From Spirochaetota bacterium (GTDB lineage Bacteria > Spirochaetota > UBA4802 > UBA5550): DNA of 64,000 nucleotides. The position numbers and the translations under genes are program-made. The stretch covers positions 2,752,001-2,816,000 of the forward strand of contig OY760686.1 in the NCBI GenBank assembly GCA_963663865.1, in the 5' to 3' direction. The notes under the pieces are model-generated. The model was not told where the DNA came from. It was given only the letters and a program-made list of their open reading frames with translations, and searched no databases. Positions 49,331-59,168 of this stretch are shown here, in pieces (the stretch's first letter is position 1; each line of letters begins with the position of its first letter).

Positions 49331-50185
49331 ATGAAAACTGTATCAGTTCCAGCTGAAGCCGTTAATATCTACAACAGAGCACTTGAGATGTCCAACAAAG
49401 GCGACTTCGCTACCGCGCTGACCGAATACAAGAGAGCCTGCGAGCTCCATCCTCAGTTCATTGAGGCCTTTAACAACATAGGCGAAATCCACGCCAGCAT
49501 GGGCAATAGTGACCTCGCATTGAAGGCATACAACGATGCCCTTAAAATCGGAAAAAACTACAGGGTACTGCTCAATATCGGCGTGGAGTGCTTCAATTCC
49601 GGAAACCACAATGACGCGCTTGGCTACTTCCTTGACTCGGTCACTCTCAGGCCGGATTTCCTTGAATCAAACTACTACGCCGGTCTTGTCTATCATGCCC
49701 GCAAGGAATACGACGATGCTGTAAAGTATTTTGAAAACGTTCTCGAAATTGACGCCCAGCATTACAGAGCCAACTACCTAATGGCTCACATTTGCTACGA
49801 TACAGGTGAGTACAAAAAAGCTATCGCTCACCTTGACAGGATCAGCCCGCTTGCCGAAGACAGAGCGTTCATCGACAAGTTCTACGGCTTCTGCCACTAC
49901 TACCTGGGCGACTACAAGAAAGCGGTAAAGTTTCTTTCTGAAGCCCTCTCTAATCAGCCCGGATACTCGGAGTTCAAATCCTATCTCGAGGGCCTTACAT
50001 ACGAGAACAGAATGAAAGAGATTGGAGATATCGACAAAGCTATCAAGGACCTTGAAAAGTCGCTTAAGAAGGAAGACGAAACACTGAGCAAAGTCTCCAG
50101 ACTCAGCATGCTCTACATCTTCAAGGGAGAAAACAGGAAGGCTGAAAAGCTGCTTACAGGCTACAGAGACAAAATAGCTTCGTAA
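49331..50185 (+). CDS. Tetratricopeptide repeat protein
   Basis: Start at ATG 49331 (GAGGA upstream); several A...Y..A....P...EA..N.G TPR units. Confidence 0.85.
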   Translation: MKTVSVPAEAVNIYNRALEMSNKGDFATALTEYKRACELHPQFIEAFNNIGEIHASMGNSDLALKAYNDALKIGKNYRVLLNIGVECFNSGNHNDALGYFLDSVTLRPDFLESNYYAGLVYHARKEYDDAVKYFENVLEIDAQHYRANYLMAHICYDTGEYKKAIAHLDRISPLAEDRAFIDKFYGFCHYYLGDYKKAVKFLSEALSNQPGYSEFKSYLEGLTYENRMKEIGDIDKAIKDLEKSLKKEDETLSKVSRLSMLYIFKGENRKAEKLLTGYRDKIAS

Positions 50186-50189
50186 CTAA

Positions 50190-50642
50190 TCACAGAGAAG
50201 AGGGGCTTATTTTCCAGTAGGCCCCTTCCTTAACGAACTCAATATCCGCGCCGTTTTTAGTCCTCACAACTGCCGAGCTTTCCGAACGTTTTATTGATTC
50301 AATACCTGAAAATACAGATTTCCCAAAGCCGCTGTTTTTCATTGACGCCAGATAGTGAACAGCAAGCCCGTCCACGTCGAGTTTTCTCATCTCATTAGAG
50401 CTCATTCCAAACCTCTGTGCTGCGGCATCAAGCTGTGACGGCTTCATATCGCTGAACGCGGCACACATCGATTGAAGGCTTCTCTTCCCTTCCGAAGTGA
50501 GCAGCTTTTTGAACAGGCCGCTGTCCCCTTCTTCGATGGAGACGCGCAGGTCCTCGAAAGCAGCGCGGGGAGAAAGGGCTCCGGAACAAGAAACCAGCTG
50601 TGAAACAACTATTATCGCGGCGGCTATTTTCAAAACACGCAT
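50190..50642 (-). CDS. Hypothetical lipoprotein (NTF2-like/DUF4878-like)
   Basis: LVSC lipobox; C-terminal FVKEGAYWKI. Confidence 0.6.
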   Translation of the reverse strand: MRVLKIAAAIIVVSQLVSCSGALSPRAAFEDLRVSIEEGDSGLFKKLLTSEGKRSLQSMCAAFSDMKPSQLDAAAQRFGMSSNEMRKLDVDGLAVHYLASMKNSGFGKSVFSGIESIKRSESSAVVRTKNGADIEFVKEGAYWKISPSSL

Positions 50643-51499
50643 TGTATATTTTCTCCTTCAAAGCTGACTATCATATTATCTATAAGCCTGGTGCTTCCGA
50701 AATAGACAGCGAGCGCGATGACTGTTTTCCCGTCGAAGCTGTCTACCGGAGCAAGGGTTTCGTAATCGACCGCACTGATATATTCTATTGATTCCGGATG
50801 GGACATCCCGATAATGTTTTCCATTTCAGCCCTGACCTCCTGCCAGCTTCTTTTGCCAGCTTTGAGCATTGCCTCAGCCTTTTTTAGCGAACTGTAAAGC
50901 GACAGAGCGGCCTTTCTCTGAGAGAAGTCGAGATGCTTGTTTCGGGAACTCATGGCGAGGCCCTCCTCTTCTCTGACTATCGGGGCAATATTTATTTCGA
51001 CGGGGAAGTTCAAGTCAAGCGTCATCTTCCTTATAGACAGGGCCTGCTGAATATCCTTTTGACCGAAAACGGCAATATCCGGCTTTACTATGTTAAAAAG
51101 CTTGGCAACTACTGTGAACACTCCCCTGAAATGGCCGGGCCGGTGTGCTCCACAGAGGTAATCCGTAAGTCCAGTCATGTCAACCGTCGTTCTACCGTCG
51201 CTGTACATCTCTTCTTCCGACGGGGCAAAAACCATATCGACACCGGACTCTTCGGCCAGCTGAAGGTCCCTCTCCCTTTCCCTGGGATATGACTTCAGGT
51301 CGTCGGGATTGTCAAACTGAATAGGGTTAACAAAGATGCTCATCACGGTAAAATCGGCATTAGCCCTGCTCCTCTCTACAAGACTCAGGTGCCCGCTGTG
51401 CAGATAACCCATGGTCGGAACGAAACCAATCCTCTTCCCATCAAGCCTGAGCCTTTCTAAAGCTCTTCTAACCTCGCTGACTGTTTCAAGAACAAGCAT
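50630..51499 (-). CDS. panC: Pantoate-beta-alanine ligase
   Basis: GFVPTMGYLHSGH, SIFVNP.QF, RPGHFRGV, FGQKD.QQ, AMSSRN, RLIDN. Confidence 0.97.
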   Translation of the reverse strand: MLVLETVSEVRRALERLRLDGKRIGFVPTMGYLHSGHLSLVERSRANADFTVMSIFVNPIQFDNPDDLKSYPRERERDLQLAEESGVDMVFAPSEEEMYSDGRTTVDMTGLTDYLCGAHRPGHFRGVFTVVAKLFNIVKPDIAVFGQKDIQQALSIRKMTLDLNFPVEINIAPIVREEEGLAMSSRNKHLDFSQRKAALSLYSSLKKAEAMLKAGKRSWQEVRAEMENIIGMSHPESIEYISAVDYETLAPVDSFDGKTVIALAVYFGSTRLIDNMIVSFEGENIQCVF

Positions 51500-51519
51500 T
51501 TTTCACCCCGCTGGTTTTG

Positions 51520-52383
51520 TTATTCCGGCTTCTTTGCCGCAATAATCATCATATCTCCGGCGCGGAACCTCTTTGCCGCAAAATCGGCCGCCTTTCTCAG
51601 AACCGTCCCCGGCCTGAAAAACCCGCTTCCATAGGTCCGTGCACTGTGTAATACAAAGCTCTGTCTTACAACCATATCCCTGAGCCCTCTGAACGAAAAA
51701 AAGTTCAAATGCTCGGGGAAGTTATAGTATCTCCATCGGCTTCCCTTCATGAGCATGAAGGGCGATCCGGCTCGGCATGTTGACAGATACAGAAAGCCTC
51801 CCGGCCTGAGCTGGTGGTATGCTCTCGCGAGGAAATCCTCAGGATTGTGAAGATGCTCAATGACCGCCCACATTGTTATCAGATCAAAAGACTTCCCAAA
51901 ATCGGTCCGAAGATAATCACCGCAGACAACATTCAGCCCCCGGCCCCGGGCCGCGGCTGAACATTCCCGTGAAACATCGATCCCGCAGGAATCCCAGCCC
52001 CTTTCGCTCAAGTATTCTACAGAGTAACCGGCAGCGCAGCCGATATCAAGGCAGGCTTTCGAGTCCGTTTCAGCCTCGTAGCTGAAAAAGCCGAGATCAT
52101 TCAGGTTCATCTGAAGCACCCTGATTATTTCCAGCCTTATCCGCTCCGAGAAATAATCGTCGTAACCTCTGTCATCGCGTCTGGTGAAATATTCAGCCCC
52201 GTAGTACTGACTCATGTTCCCGGGAATGGGCCTTGGCGACACGTACCTGTGCCCGCAACGCCCGCACTTCACAAGCGAAAACATCTCTCCTCCGCGTGAA
52301 GGCTTTTCAAAAAGCCGGACAGATTCATCTGAGCCGCAAACGCAGCAGGAGGCTTGCTCAAGTATTTCAGCTCTATCTTCCAA
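51520..52383 (-). CDS. Class I SAM-dependent methyltransferase with N-terminal Zn-ribbon
   Basis: CCVC...CGRC, LDIGCAAG, FDLITMWAVIEHL. Confidence 0.85.
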   Translation of the reverse strand: MEDRAEILEQASCCVCGSDESVRLFEKPSRGGEMFSLVKCGRCGHRYVSPRPIPGNMSQYYGAEYFTRRDDRGYDDYFSERIRLEIIRVLQMNLNDLGFFSYEAETDSKACLDIGCAAGYSVEYLSERGWDSCGIDVSRECSAAARGRGLNVVCGDYLRTDFGKSFDLITMWAVIEHLHNPEDFLARAYHQLRPGGFLYLSTCRAGSPFMLMKGSRWRYYNFPEHLNFFSFRGLRDMVVRQSFVLHSARTYGSGFFRPGTVLRKAADFAAKRFRAGDMMIIAAKKPE

Positions 52384-55300
52384 TCGAATACCTTATGCTG
52401 TCATCGCCGATAATACGGCTCAGCTCTCTCACAAGCTGCTCCGAAGGCGCAATGTTAAATGTGTTGTGGGCCTTTACGATTTTCTCTTTTTTGTCAGACT
52501 CATATATATGAAAGTACACCGGACAATCGCCTCTGTGCTGCGTAAATGTTTCCTTAATGCCTCCGAGCAGCTCCTCGTCAAGGCCGAAGGGATCGAGCTT
52601 GATGTGAATGGCTGAGATAGCATCGCGGCGCGCCTCCCTTAAAAACCTTACAGAGCTGACCATCAGTTTGCCGGGTTTGTCTCCCTCAGTTTCAACCTTG
52701 CCTGTAACAAGCAGGGGCTCAGTCGACATGAGTATCTCCTCAAACTTGGCAAGGGTACGGGCAAAGACGAGAATACCGATCGTGCCCCCCAGGTCTTCGA
52801 GTGTACCGACTGCGTAGCGGTTGCCGTTCTTCTGCGACCTTTTTACCGTAAAGCCATGAACTACGCCGGCTATTGAGACCTCCTGTTCATGGTGATCCCC
52901 GTTCAAATCCGAAATCGAGACAGATGAGTAGGCCTTTATTTCGCTCTGATAGCGCGCCAGCGGATGTCCCGAAACATAGAGGCCGAGCACCTCTTTTTCG
53001 TTATTCAGCCTTTCTGTGTCACACCACTCCTCCATGGGAGCAAGATCAAGGCAAGCAATTCCGTTTTCATTAGAGGGGGCCTCAAAAAGCGACCCCTGTC
53101 CGGAAGCGATATCCTCCTGAAGACGCCTTGCCATTTCAACAAGCGTTTCCACTGAACAGCAGAGCTGCGCCCTGTTTGGATGAATCTCATCAAAAGCCCC
53201 GGCGCGGGCAAGCGATTCCAGAACGCCTCTGTTTACGACAGAGCGGTCAACCCTCTCCAGAAAGTCGCGAAGCCCCGAGAAATCTCCATCGCCCCTGGCT
53301 TCAATTATCTTCTCAATTGCCTTCTCGCCCATTCCCTTGATGGCGCTCAAACCAAAGCGTATCCTCTTCCCCTCAATAGTGAAGTCATAGAGACTCCTGT
53401 TAATAGAAGGCGGCATAACATCGATACCCTCCTGCCTGGCATCGTTAATCAGGATGGAGACATCGTCAGGCGAAGTCGACATAAGCGAAGTCATATATTC
53501 TATGGGATAATGGGCCTTCAGATAAGCTGTCTGATATGTTACAAGCGCGTAAGCCGCGGAATGCGACTTGTTGAAACCGTATTCACCGAACTGCCTGATC
53601 TGTGAGTAAAGCTCTCTGGCAAACTTCTCGTCAATATTGTTCTTCCGGGCGCCCTCGAGAAACTTCTGTTCAAGGGCGTCAATTATATCAACCTTCTTCT
53701 TTCCCATTGCCTTCCGCAGCTTATCCGCTTCAGGCATGGTGAAACCGGCTATTACCCTTGAAATGAGCATGACCTGCTCCTGGTAAATAATAACTCCAAG
53801 AGTATCCTTGAGAATGGGCTCAAGCAGAGGATGGTCATACTTAACAAGCCTGGAATTTCTCTTCCTCTTAACAAAGTCATCTGCCATTCCGGAGCCCAGA
53901 GGGCCCGGCCTGTACAGGGCGACAACAGCCACTATATCCTCAAAGACTGTAGGCCTGACACGCCTGAGCAGATTCTGCATTCCGGAGCTCTCAAGCTGGA
54001 AAACACCGACTGTGTCAGCCTTCTGGAGCAGGGCGAAGGTCTTGCGGTCATCGAGCGGAATGTTCTCAATATCGACAGCCTTTCCGGTGTTCTGTGAAAT
54101 CAGCTTCAGGCACCTGTCAATGATAGTAAGGTTCTTTAGTCCGAGAAAGTCCATCTTGACAAGCCCCGCCTGTTCGATGGAAACCTTCTCGTACTGCGAT
54201 GAAATGCTGCCCTCACGCGGGTCACGGTAAAGAGGGACATAGTCCGTTAACGGCCCTTTGGAGATAACGACACCGGCAGCATGTTTCCCCGCTGACCTGG
54301 CAAGGCCTTCGAGGCGTAAAGATATGTCTATAAGCTCTTTCTCTTCGCCTCCGGCTTCGTACAGCTTCTTCAGATCAGGATTATCGCTTAACGATTTATC
54401 CAGAGTCTTTTCATCGACCATTTTACTTATCTCGTTGGCTCTTGAGAAGGGAATGTCGAGGGCTCTGGCTACGTCCTTGACTACGGCCTTTGCCTTCATA
54501 CGGTTAAAGGTGATAATCTGGCCGACTTTTTCGTGCCCGTATTTATTGCGGACATAGTCAATAACCTCTTCCCGTCTGTCCGCGCAGAAGTCAAGATCCA
54601 TATCGGGCATTTCATTACGGTCCGGATTAAGAAACCTTTCAAACAGAAGGTCGTACTTCAGCGGGTCAAGAGCGGTAATTCCGAGACAGTAAGCGACAAT
54701 CGACCCGGCTGCTGACCCCCTGCCAGGCCCGACAGGAACAGCCATCTTTCTGGCCTGATTGATAAAGTCCCAGACAATAAGGAAATAGCTTGAAAAGTTC
54801 ATTTTCTTTATAACGGAAAGCTCGAATTCAATTCTGGTTGAAACGGCATCGGGCAAAGGCTTGCCGTATCTCTTTTCGGCGCCCTCCGCTACAAGCGCGT
54901 CAAGGAAGCTGTCAAGGCTGTACCCATCAGGTACTTCAAAATCAGGGAGAATAGGGTTTCCAAGATCGAGCTCAAGATTAACCATCTCCGCTATTTTCAG
55001 TGTGTTTGTAAGGGATTCCGGAACCTCTGAAAAAATACGGTGCATCTCCTGCGGGGACTTGAGATAAAAATCGTCGGAGGAAAAACGCATCCGGTTTTCA
55101 TCTTTCATGGTTTTCCCGGTCTGGATACAGAGAAGCACCTCATGGGCATAGGCATCTTCACGGTTGACATAGTGAGCGTCATTAGTTGCCACAAGTGGTA
55201 TTCCCATGTCGGCTGACATTCTAACGAGTTCCCTGTTTACAATCTTCTGCTCCGGAATCCCGTGGTCCTGAAGTTCGAGATAAAAGGAATCACTGCCAAA

Positions 55301-55801
55301 CATCTCTAAAAATCTTCCGGCAAGCTCTCTGGCCTCATCGACAGCGCCTTTTATAATATATCTGGGAATCTGCCCGGCGATACATGCCGAACTGCAGATA
55401 AGCCCCTCAGAGTGCTTTTCAAGAACCTCCATGTCTATTCTCGGCTTGTAGTAAAAGCCCTCGGTGTAACCAATGGAGGAGAGTTTTAGAAGATTTCTAT
55501 ATCCCTCTATGTTTTTAGCGATCAGAACCAGGTGATAGGCGTTTTCCTCTGAGGAATCCCGAACATGCTCCCTGCTGAAGCGTGACCCCGGCGCCACATA
55601 CACCTCTGATCCGATCAGGGGCTTTATTCCTGCTCTCCGCGCCTTCTGATAGAACTCTATAGCGCCGAACATATTTCCGTGATCTGTCATCGCGATCGCG
55701 GGCATATCCTGCTCAACCGCTTTTTCAATCATCCTGTCCACGGTTATCGCGCCGTCAAGAATTGAATATTCGGTATGGTTGTGAAGATGTACAAATTTCA
55801 T
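52373..55801 (-). CDS. dnaE: DNA polymerase III alpha subunit
   Basis: HLHNHTEYSILDG PHP domain, GPGRGSAAGS, MPDMDLDF, HAAGVVI, YGFNKSH; 1142 aa, no intein evident. Confidence 0.98.
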   Translation of the reverse strand: MKFVHLHNHTEYSILDGAITVDRMIEKAVEQDMPAIAMTDHGNMFGAIEFYQKARRAGIKPLIGSEVYVAPGSRFSREHVRDSSEENAYHLVLIAKNIEGYRNLLKLSSIGYTEGFYYKPRIDMEVLEKHSEGLICSSACIAGQIPRYIIKGAVDEARELAGRFLEMFGSDSFYLELQDHGIPEQKIVNRELVRMSADMGIPLVATNDAHYVNREDAYAHEVLLCIQTGKTMKDENRMRFSSDDFYLKSPQEMHRIFSEVPESLTNTLKIAEMVNLELDLGNPILPDFEVPDGYSLDSFLDALVAEGAEKRYGKPLPDAVSTRIEFELSVIKKMNFSSYFLIVWDFINQARKMAVPVGPGRGSAAGSIVAYCLGITALDPLKYDLLFERFLNPDRNEMPDMDLDFCADRREEVIDYVRNKYGHEKVGQIITFNRMKAKAVVKDVARALDIPFSRANEISKMVDEKTLDKSLSDNPDLKKLYEAGGEEKELIDISLRLEGLARSAGKHAAGVVISKGPLTDYVPLYRDPREGSISSQYEKVSIEQAGLVKMDFLGLKNLTIIDRCLKLISQNTGKAVDIENIPLDDRKTFALLQKADTVGVFQLESSGMQNLLRRVRPTVFEDIVAVVALYRPGPLGSGMADDFVKRKRNSRLVKYDHPLLEPILKDTLGVIIYQEQVMLISRVIAGFTMPEADKLRKAMGKKKVDIIDALEQKFLEGARKNNIDEKFARELYSQIRQFGEYGFNKSHSAAYALVTYQTAYLKAHYPIEYMTSLMSTSPDDVSILINDARQEGIDVMPPSINRSLYDFTIEGKRIRFGLSAIKGMGEKAIEKIIEARGDGDFSGLRDFLERVDRSVVNRGVLESLARAGAFDEIHPNRAQLCCSVETLVEMARRLQEDIASGQGSLFEAPSNENGIACLDLAPMEEWCDTERLNNEKEVLGLYVSGHPLARYQSEIKAYSSVSISDLNGDHHEQEVSIAGVVHGFTVKRSQKNGNRYAVGTLEDLGGTIGILVFARTLAKFEEILMSTEPLLVTGKVETEGDKPGKLMVSSVRFLREARRDAISAIHIKLDPFGLDEELLGGIKETFTQHRGDCPVYFHIYESDKKEKIVKAHNTFNIAPSEQLVRELSRIIGDDSIRYSIGR

Positions 55802-55965
55802 TATATATACACTATTATCTTTTCCAGGAAGTTTAAACTGTCAATTTTGTAATGAGTAACACGCGGTACCTCTGCATCTAATCTCCAGAGGTGACATAAT
55901 TTCAAGTATTAATTCCACATCGTCACAAAAACAGCGTCAGGTTTCTCGATATATAAAAATTTTAC

Positions 55966-55992
55966 TCAAGATTTCATCCACGGGTCCGATAT
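55966..55992 (+). promoter_or_regulatory. Sigma-28 (FliA)-type promoter
   Basis: TCAA-15 nt-TCCGATAT versus consensus TAAA-N15-GCCGATAA. Confidence 0.6.
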
Positions 55993-55998
55993 TATAAG

Positions 55999-56056
55999 TA
56001 TCATTTTACACATTAACTTCCTTGCCCCGGGCATTATTGCTGTGGGGCTTTTTTTT
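55999..56056 (+). ncRNA. Candidate ~57-nt small RNA
   Basis: Lies between the sigma-28-like promoter and a GCCCC...GGGGC-T8 terminator; no plausible ORF on this strand; 5' arm contains CAUUAACUUCCUU. Confidence 0.5.
56024..56056 (+). terminator. Rho-independent terminator
   Basis: GCCCCGGGCA-TTAT-TGCTGTGGGGC followed by T8. Confidence 0.75.
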
Positions 56057-56097
56057 GCCCTTGCCATGGAACGCCGGCCATGCTTATCATCTTTTAA

Positions 56098-56126
56098 TTG
56101 ACTATTTGAGGGTACAACCGGATAAT
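56098..56126 (+). promoter_or_regulatory. Sigma-70 promoter of the Trm112-like gene
   Basis: TTGACT-17 nt-GATAAT. Confidence 0.55.
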
Positions 56127-56168
56127 ACCTTCTCGTTGGAAGCTAACAATACTTCACAGGAGAACCTG

Positions 56169-56336
56169 ATGATTGACACAAAACTCCTCGATATTCTCGC
56201 CTGCCCCGCCTGCAGAGGTGACGTGGAATATGACATGAAAAATGAAAAGATTGTCTGCCTCGAATGCGGCAGGAAGTATCCTGTAAAAGACGGAATCCCC
56301 GTGATGCTCATTGATGAATGCGAACAGCCTGAATAA
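56169..56336 (+). CDS. Trm112/YcaR family protein
   Basis: Start at ATG 56169 (AGGAG upstream); LLDILACPAC...C.EC.RKYPVKDGIPVML.DE. Confidence 0.9.
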   Translation: MIDTKLLDILACPACRGDVEYDMKNEKIVCLECGRKYPVKDGIPVMLIDECEQPE

Positions 56337-56483
56337 TATTTTTTACTGCAGAAGCAGGAGCTGTTTTAATTCTCATTGACAAAATACCGGCATGAATGGA
56401 AAAATTAACTTTTGACGACGGCGGTTCCTGTGTTCCAATATCGCCACATAATCAAGAAAATCAAATAAAACAGAAGGTCAGAT

Positions 56484-57614
56484 ATGTTTGATTCCAAATC
56501 ACCTGTAGTCAAAATTGTAGGCTATACCATAATCGGTTTTTTCCTCCTTATCATCATAATTTCATTCGGAATGCCGGACTTTATGTCAAAGCTCGGAATG
56601 GACCGCTCAGTCGTCGCGAAAGTCAACGGCAAAGAGATTCAGGCGGTCGATTTCCTGAGGTACAGAGACATGAACTACGGAAGGCTCAAGGATTCATCAC
56701 TTGACGCGATGGTTCTGTCCAACTACATTAGCACAATGCTCATCTACGAAAAAGCGGTAGATTGCGGATTTCTTCCGACAGACAGCTATATTCTCGATCA
56801 GATCGTTCAGACACCTGCCTTCAAAGACCCGGATACAGGCAAATACAGCGCCGAGTTGATGGACAGGGTCCTCAAGCAGAACAGATATACCTTTGACAGC
56901 TATTACAGACTGGTGCAGGAAGATATAACCAAAAGACACTTCATGGATAATGTCGCGCTTGGAGCCGCTGTTTCATCTAACGAGATAAAATCAGAGCATA
57001 AAGCCGTAAATACATCAATCGTAATAGCTTACTCACTTGCATCGGTTGACGACCTGAAAAAAAGATACGCCGGTGAGCTCAACGTCTCAGAGGCTGAAGT
57101 CGACGAATTCATGGTTCAAAACAAAGATTCTGTCAAGGACCCGGCTACGGACAGGGCGAGAATAAAGGACGGACTTGTCCACCAGAAGCTGCAGGGCGTC
57201 CAGAACAGGCTGAAAAAAGAGCTTGAAGCGCTTTCGCTGAACAACGGGTCATTTGCAAGAGCTGCCGCGGTCATGGGCGGCAAAATCGGCAGTTCAAAGC
57301 CCTTCGCGGTCGGAGAGAGAATACAGCCGCTCGAAAAGGGAGCAAAGCCCATTGCAGCCCTCGGCTCTTCGCAAATCTTCACCGAATCGGTTATGAGCCT
57401 TCCTCAGGGCGCAGTTTCAAGGCCCATTACTACACCTGATGGAATATATGTCTTTACTGTCACAAAACGCACAACAAAAGCTGAATCGATGACGGATAAA
57501 GATATTGAATCACTGAGAAGGAAGCTAAGCTTTGACAACTACACAGCTTCAATCGAAGGAATACGCAAGAAACTGCACGACGAAGCAAAGATACTGAACA
57601 ACCTGAAAAAATAA
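56484..57614 (+). CDS. SurA N-terminal domain / PpiD-like membrane-anchored chaperone
   Basis: N-terminal TM, VAKVNGKEI, PAFKDP..G.Y, GAVSRPI.T..G. Confidence 0.75.
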   Translation: MFDSKSPVVKIVGYTIIGFFLLIIIISFGMPDFMSKLGMDRSVVAKVNGKEIQAVDFLRYRDMNYGRLKDSSLDAMVLSNYISTMLIYEKAVDCGFLPTDSYILDQIVQTPAFKDPDTGKYSAELMDRVLKQNRYTFDSYYRLVQEDITKRHFMDNVALGAAVSSNEIKSEHKAVNTSIVIAYSLASVDDLKKRYAGELNVSEAEVDEFMVQNKDSVKDPATDRARIKDGLVHQKLQGVQNRLKKELEALSLNNGSFARAAAVMGGKIGSSKPFAVGERIQPLEKGAKPIAALGSSQIFTESVMSLPQGAVSRPITTPDGIYVFTVTKRTTKAESMTDKDIESLRRKLSFDNYTASIEGIRKKLHDEAKILNNLKK

Positions 57615-57640
57615 AACAACACCTGTTATACGAACTACTC

Positions 57641-57666
57641 AAGCCCCCGTTTTTAAGCGGGGGCTT
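57641..57666 (+). terminator. Intrinsic terminator hairpin after the ppiD-like gene
   Basis: AAGCCCCCG...CGGGGGCTT inverted repeat. Confidence 0.65.
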
Positions 57667-57951
57667 CGTATTTAAATATTCTGAAGAAAAAGCGAATTGA
57701 GCGCTGTTTGTTCTACATTAAAGATTCAGCTCTACGAAGCGATCGCTGCCCAATACCTGCCAAAAAGGCTTCACAAAGTCTAAATTCCTCTGGCAATTTA
57801 TTCAGATGAGTATATTTTCAATTTTTTAAAGCAAATACTGAAAACTAATTGATAATATTGAGCTTAAAGTATAGTCTGTAATCACATTTGGAGTCAGGAA
57901 CCGAGATTCATGCGTCCCTGCTCCTCAGAAACAATCAGGAGCGGCGCCCTT

Positions 57952-58416
57952 ATGAATATCAACGCTGAATATGTTAATCCATTTCTTGAAGCTGCAAGTG
58001 CCGTTTTCAAATCCATTCTTAATGTAGACCTGAGGAGAGGGAAGCTCGTTATCAAAGAAAGCCCGGTTCCTGCCATGGATATTGCAATTATCATCGGTAT
58101 AACAGGCGGAGTAACAGGCGAGGTCGTCTACAGCATGGAATTTAACACAATTAAAAAGATTGCCGACATACTCGCTCCGGGGCTTTCCGAAGAACAGATA
58201 AAGCATGAATATAAAGACATAGTCGGTGAGCTTGCCAATATGATAACAGGAAACGCAATGAACCTGTTCGCCTCAACCGGCAAGCAGATAGACATAACAA
58301 CCCCGACCGTAATAGAGGGTAAAAGCTTTACCATCACCATGATAAAACAGACGACGCTCGGCATTAACCTCTACAGTCCGATGGGTCAGCTTGAACTGAA
58401 CATTGCCTTGAAATAA
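57952..58416 (+). CDS. cheX: Chemotaxis phosphatase CheX
   Basis: Start at ATG 57952; YVNPFLEA, IIGITG, VGELANMITGNA, ITTPTVIEG. Confidence 0.93.
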   Translation: MNINAEYVNPFLEAASAVFKSILNVDLRRGKLVIKESPVPAMDIAIIIGITGGVTGEVVYSMEFNTIKKIADILAPGLSEEQIKHEYKDIVGELANMITGNAMNLFASTGKQIDITTPTVIEGKSFTITMIKQTTLGINLYSPMGQLELNIALK

Positions 58417-58450
58417 AATTATCCGTTTGAGTAAGTAAATCAACCCGATG

Positions 58451-58478
58451 AGGCCGCCTGAACAGAGCGGCCTTTTTT
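58451..58478 (+). terminator. Intrinsic terminator after cheX
   Basis: AGGCCGC...GCGGCCTTTTTT. Confidence 0.7.
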
Positions 58479-59112
58479 ATGCCTTCGTAGTGGCCGTAAA
58501 GTCATCTGGATTAAGTCTGAAATCTCCGAATACGGCCGGGGCCTCCGCCTGCATGATCTCAAGCATTTTGTAACAGACCCTGCGAATCTCCCACTGCGCC
58601 GCTTTCTCGAGCCTCAGGCTGAATATAGTTCGGAGTTCCCTGAAATTCGCGGTAAGAACAATCTCGCTTTCAAGAGCGTTTGGAAGAACAAAGCGCGCGT
58701 CCTCTTTGAGCGCTCCTGCCTCCCTCAGTTCCCGATATACAGAAGCGGTCCTCTCCAAGTGAGCCCTGAATATCTCGACGGCTTTCTGATTTTTCTCAAT
58801 GCCCGGCGGCAGAATATAGTTAAAATCAGACTCGTCCACATATCGCTGGGACTGCTGCGAAAAGCTTGCAAGCCTGTGCCTTACAATCTGATGAGTGAAC
58901 GCCCTCGAAGCTCCTGAGATACGGAATGTGGCAGACGCATGTTCAATGATACTGAGATGTCCCCTCCTTACAGCAGCCTGAATAAAGTTATCCGAACTTG
59001 ATTCGGTGATCCTTTCAAGCGAGAGGTAGCAGGTTCTACCCGCCTCTTCTATGACCTTTTCACAGTCCGGTGTAACAGCGATCAGACTGACCGCCGGTTC
59101 CTTGATCTCCAT
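58477..59112 (-). CDS. thyX: FAD-dependent thymidylate synthase
   Basis: GHLSIIEH, SRAFTHQIVRHRLASFSQQSQRY, ARFVLP, AQWEIR. Confidence 0.96.
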   Translation of the reverse strand: MEIKEPAVSLIAVTPDCEKVIEEAGRTCYLSLERITESSSDNFIQAAVRRGHLSIIEHASATFRISGASRAFTHQIVRHRLASFSQQSQRYVDESDFNYILPPGIEKNQKAVEIFRAHLERTASVYRELREAGALKEDARFVLPNALESEIVLTANFRELRTIFSLRLEKAAQWEIRRVCYKMLEIMQAEAPAVFGDFRLNPDDFTATTKA

Positions 59113-59168
59113 GTATTATTCCTGTAAAAAATATGTGCTTAATTATAAGCCTGGATTTTTGTGCATTG

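Noticed and set aside
52373-55801. Intein or split in dnaE
   Set aside because: Normal length with contiguous motifs; no intein splice-junction insert seen
55966-56013. Minus-strand micro-ORF MCKMILIISDPWMKS after AAGGAAG
   Set aside because: Only 15 codons, antisense to a promoter-terminator unit whose T tract favours the + strand; kept only as an alternative to the sRNA model
56022-56168. N-terminal extension of the Trm112-like ORF
   Set aside because: Runs through a terminator and a promoter; ATG 56169 has an AGGAG SD and gives the family length
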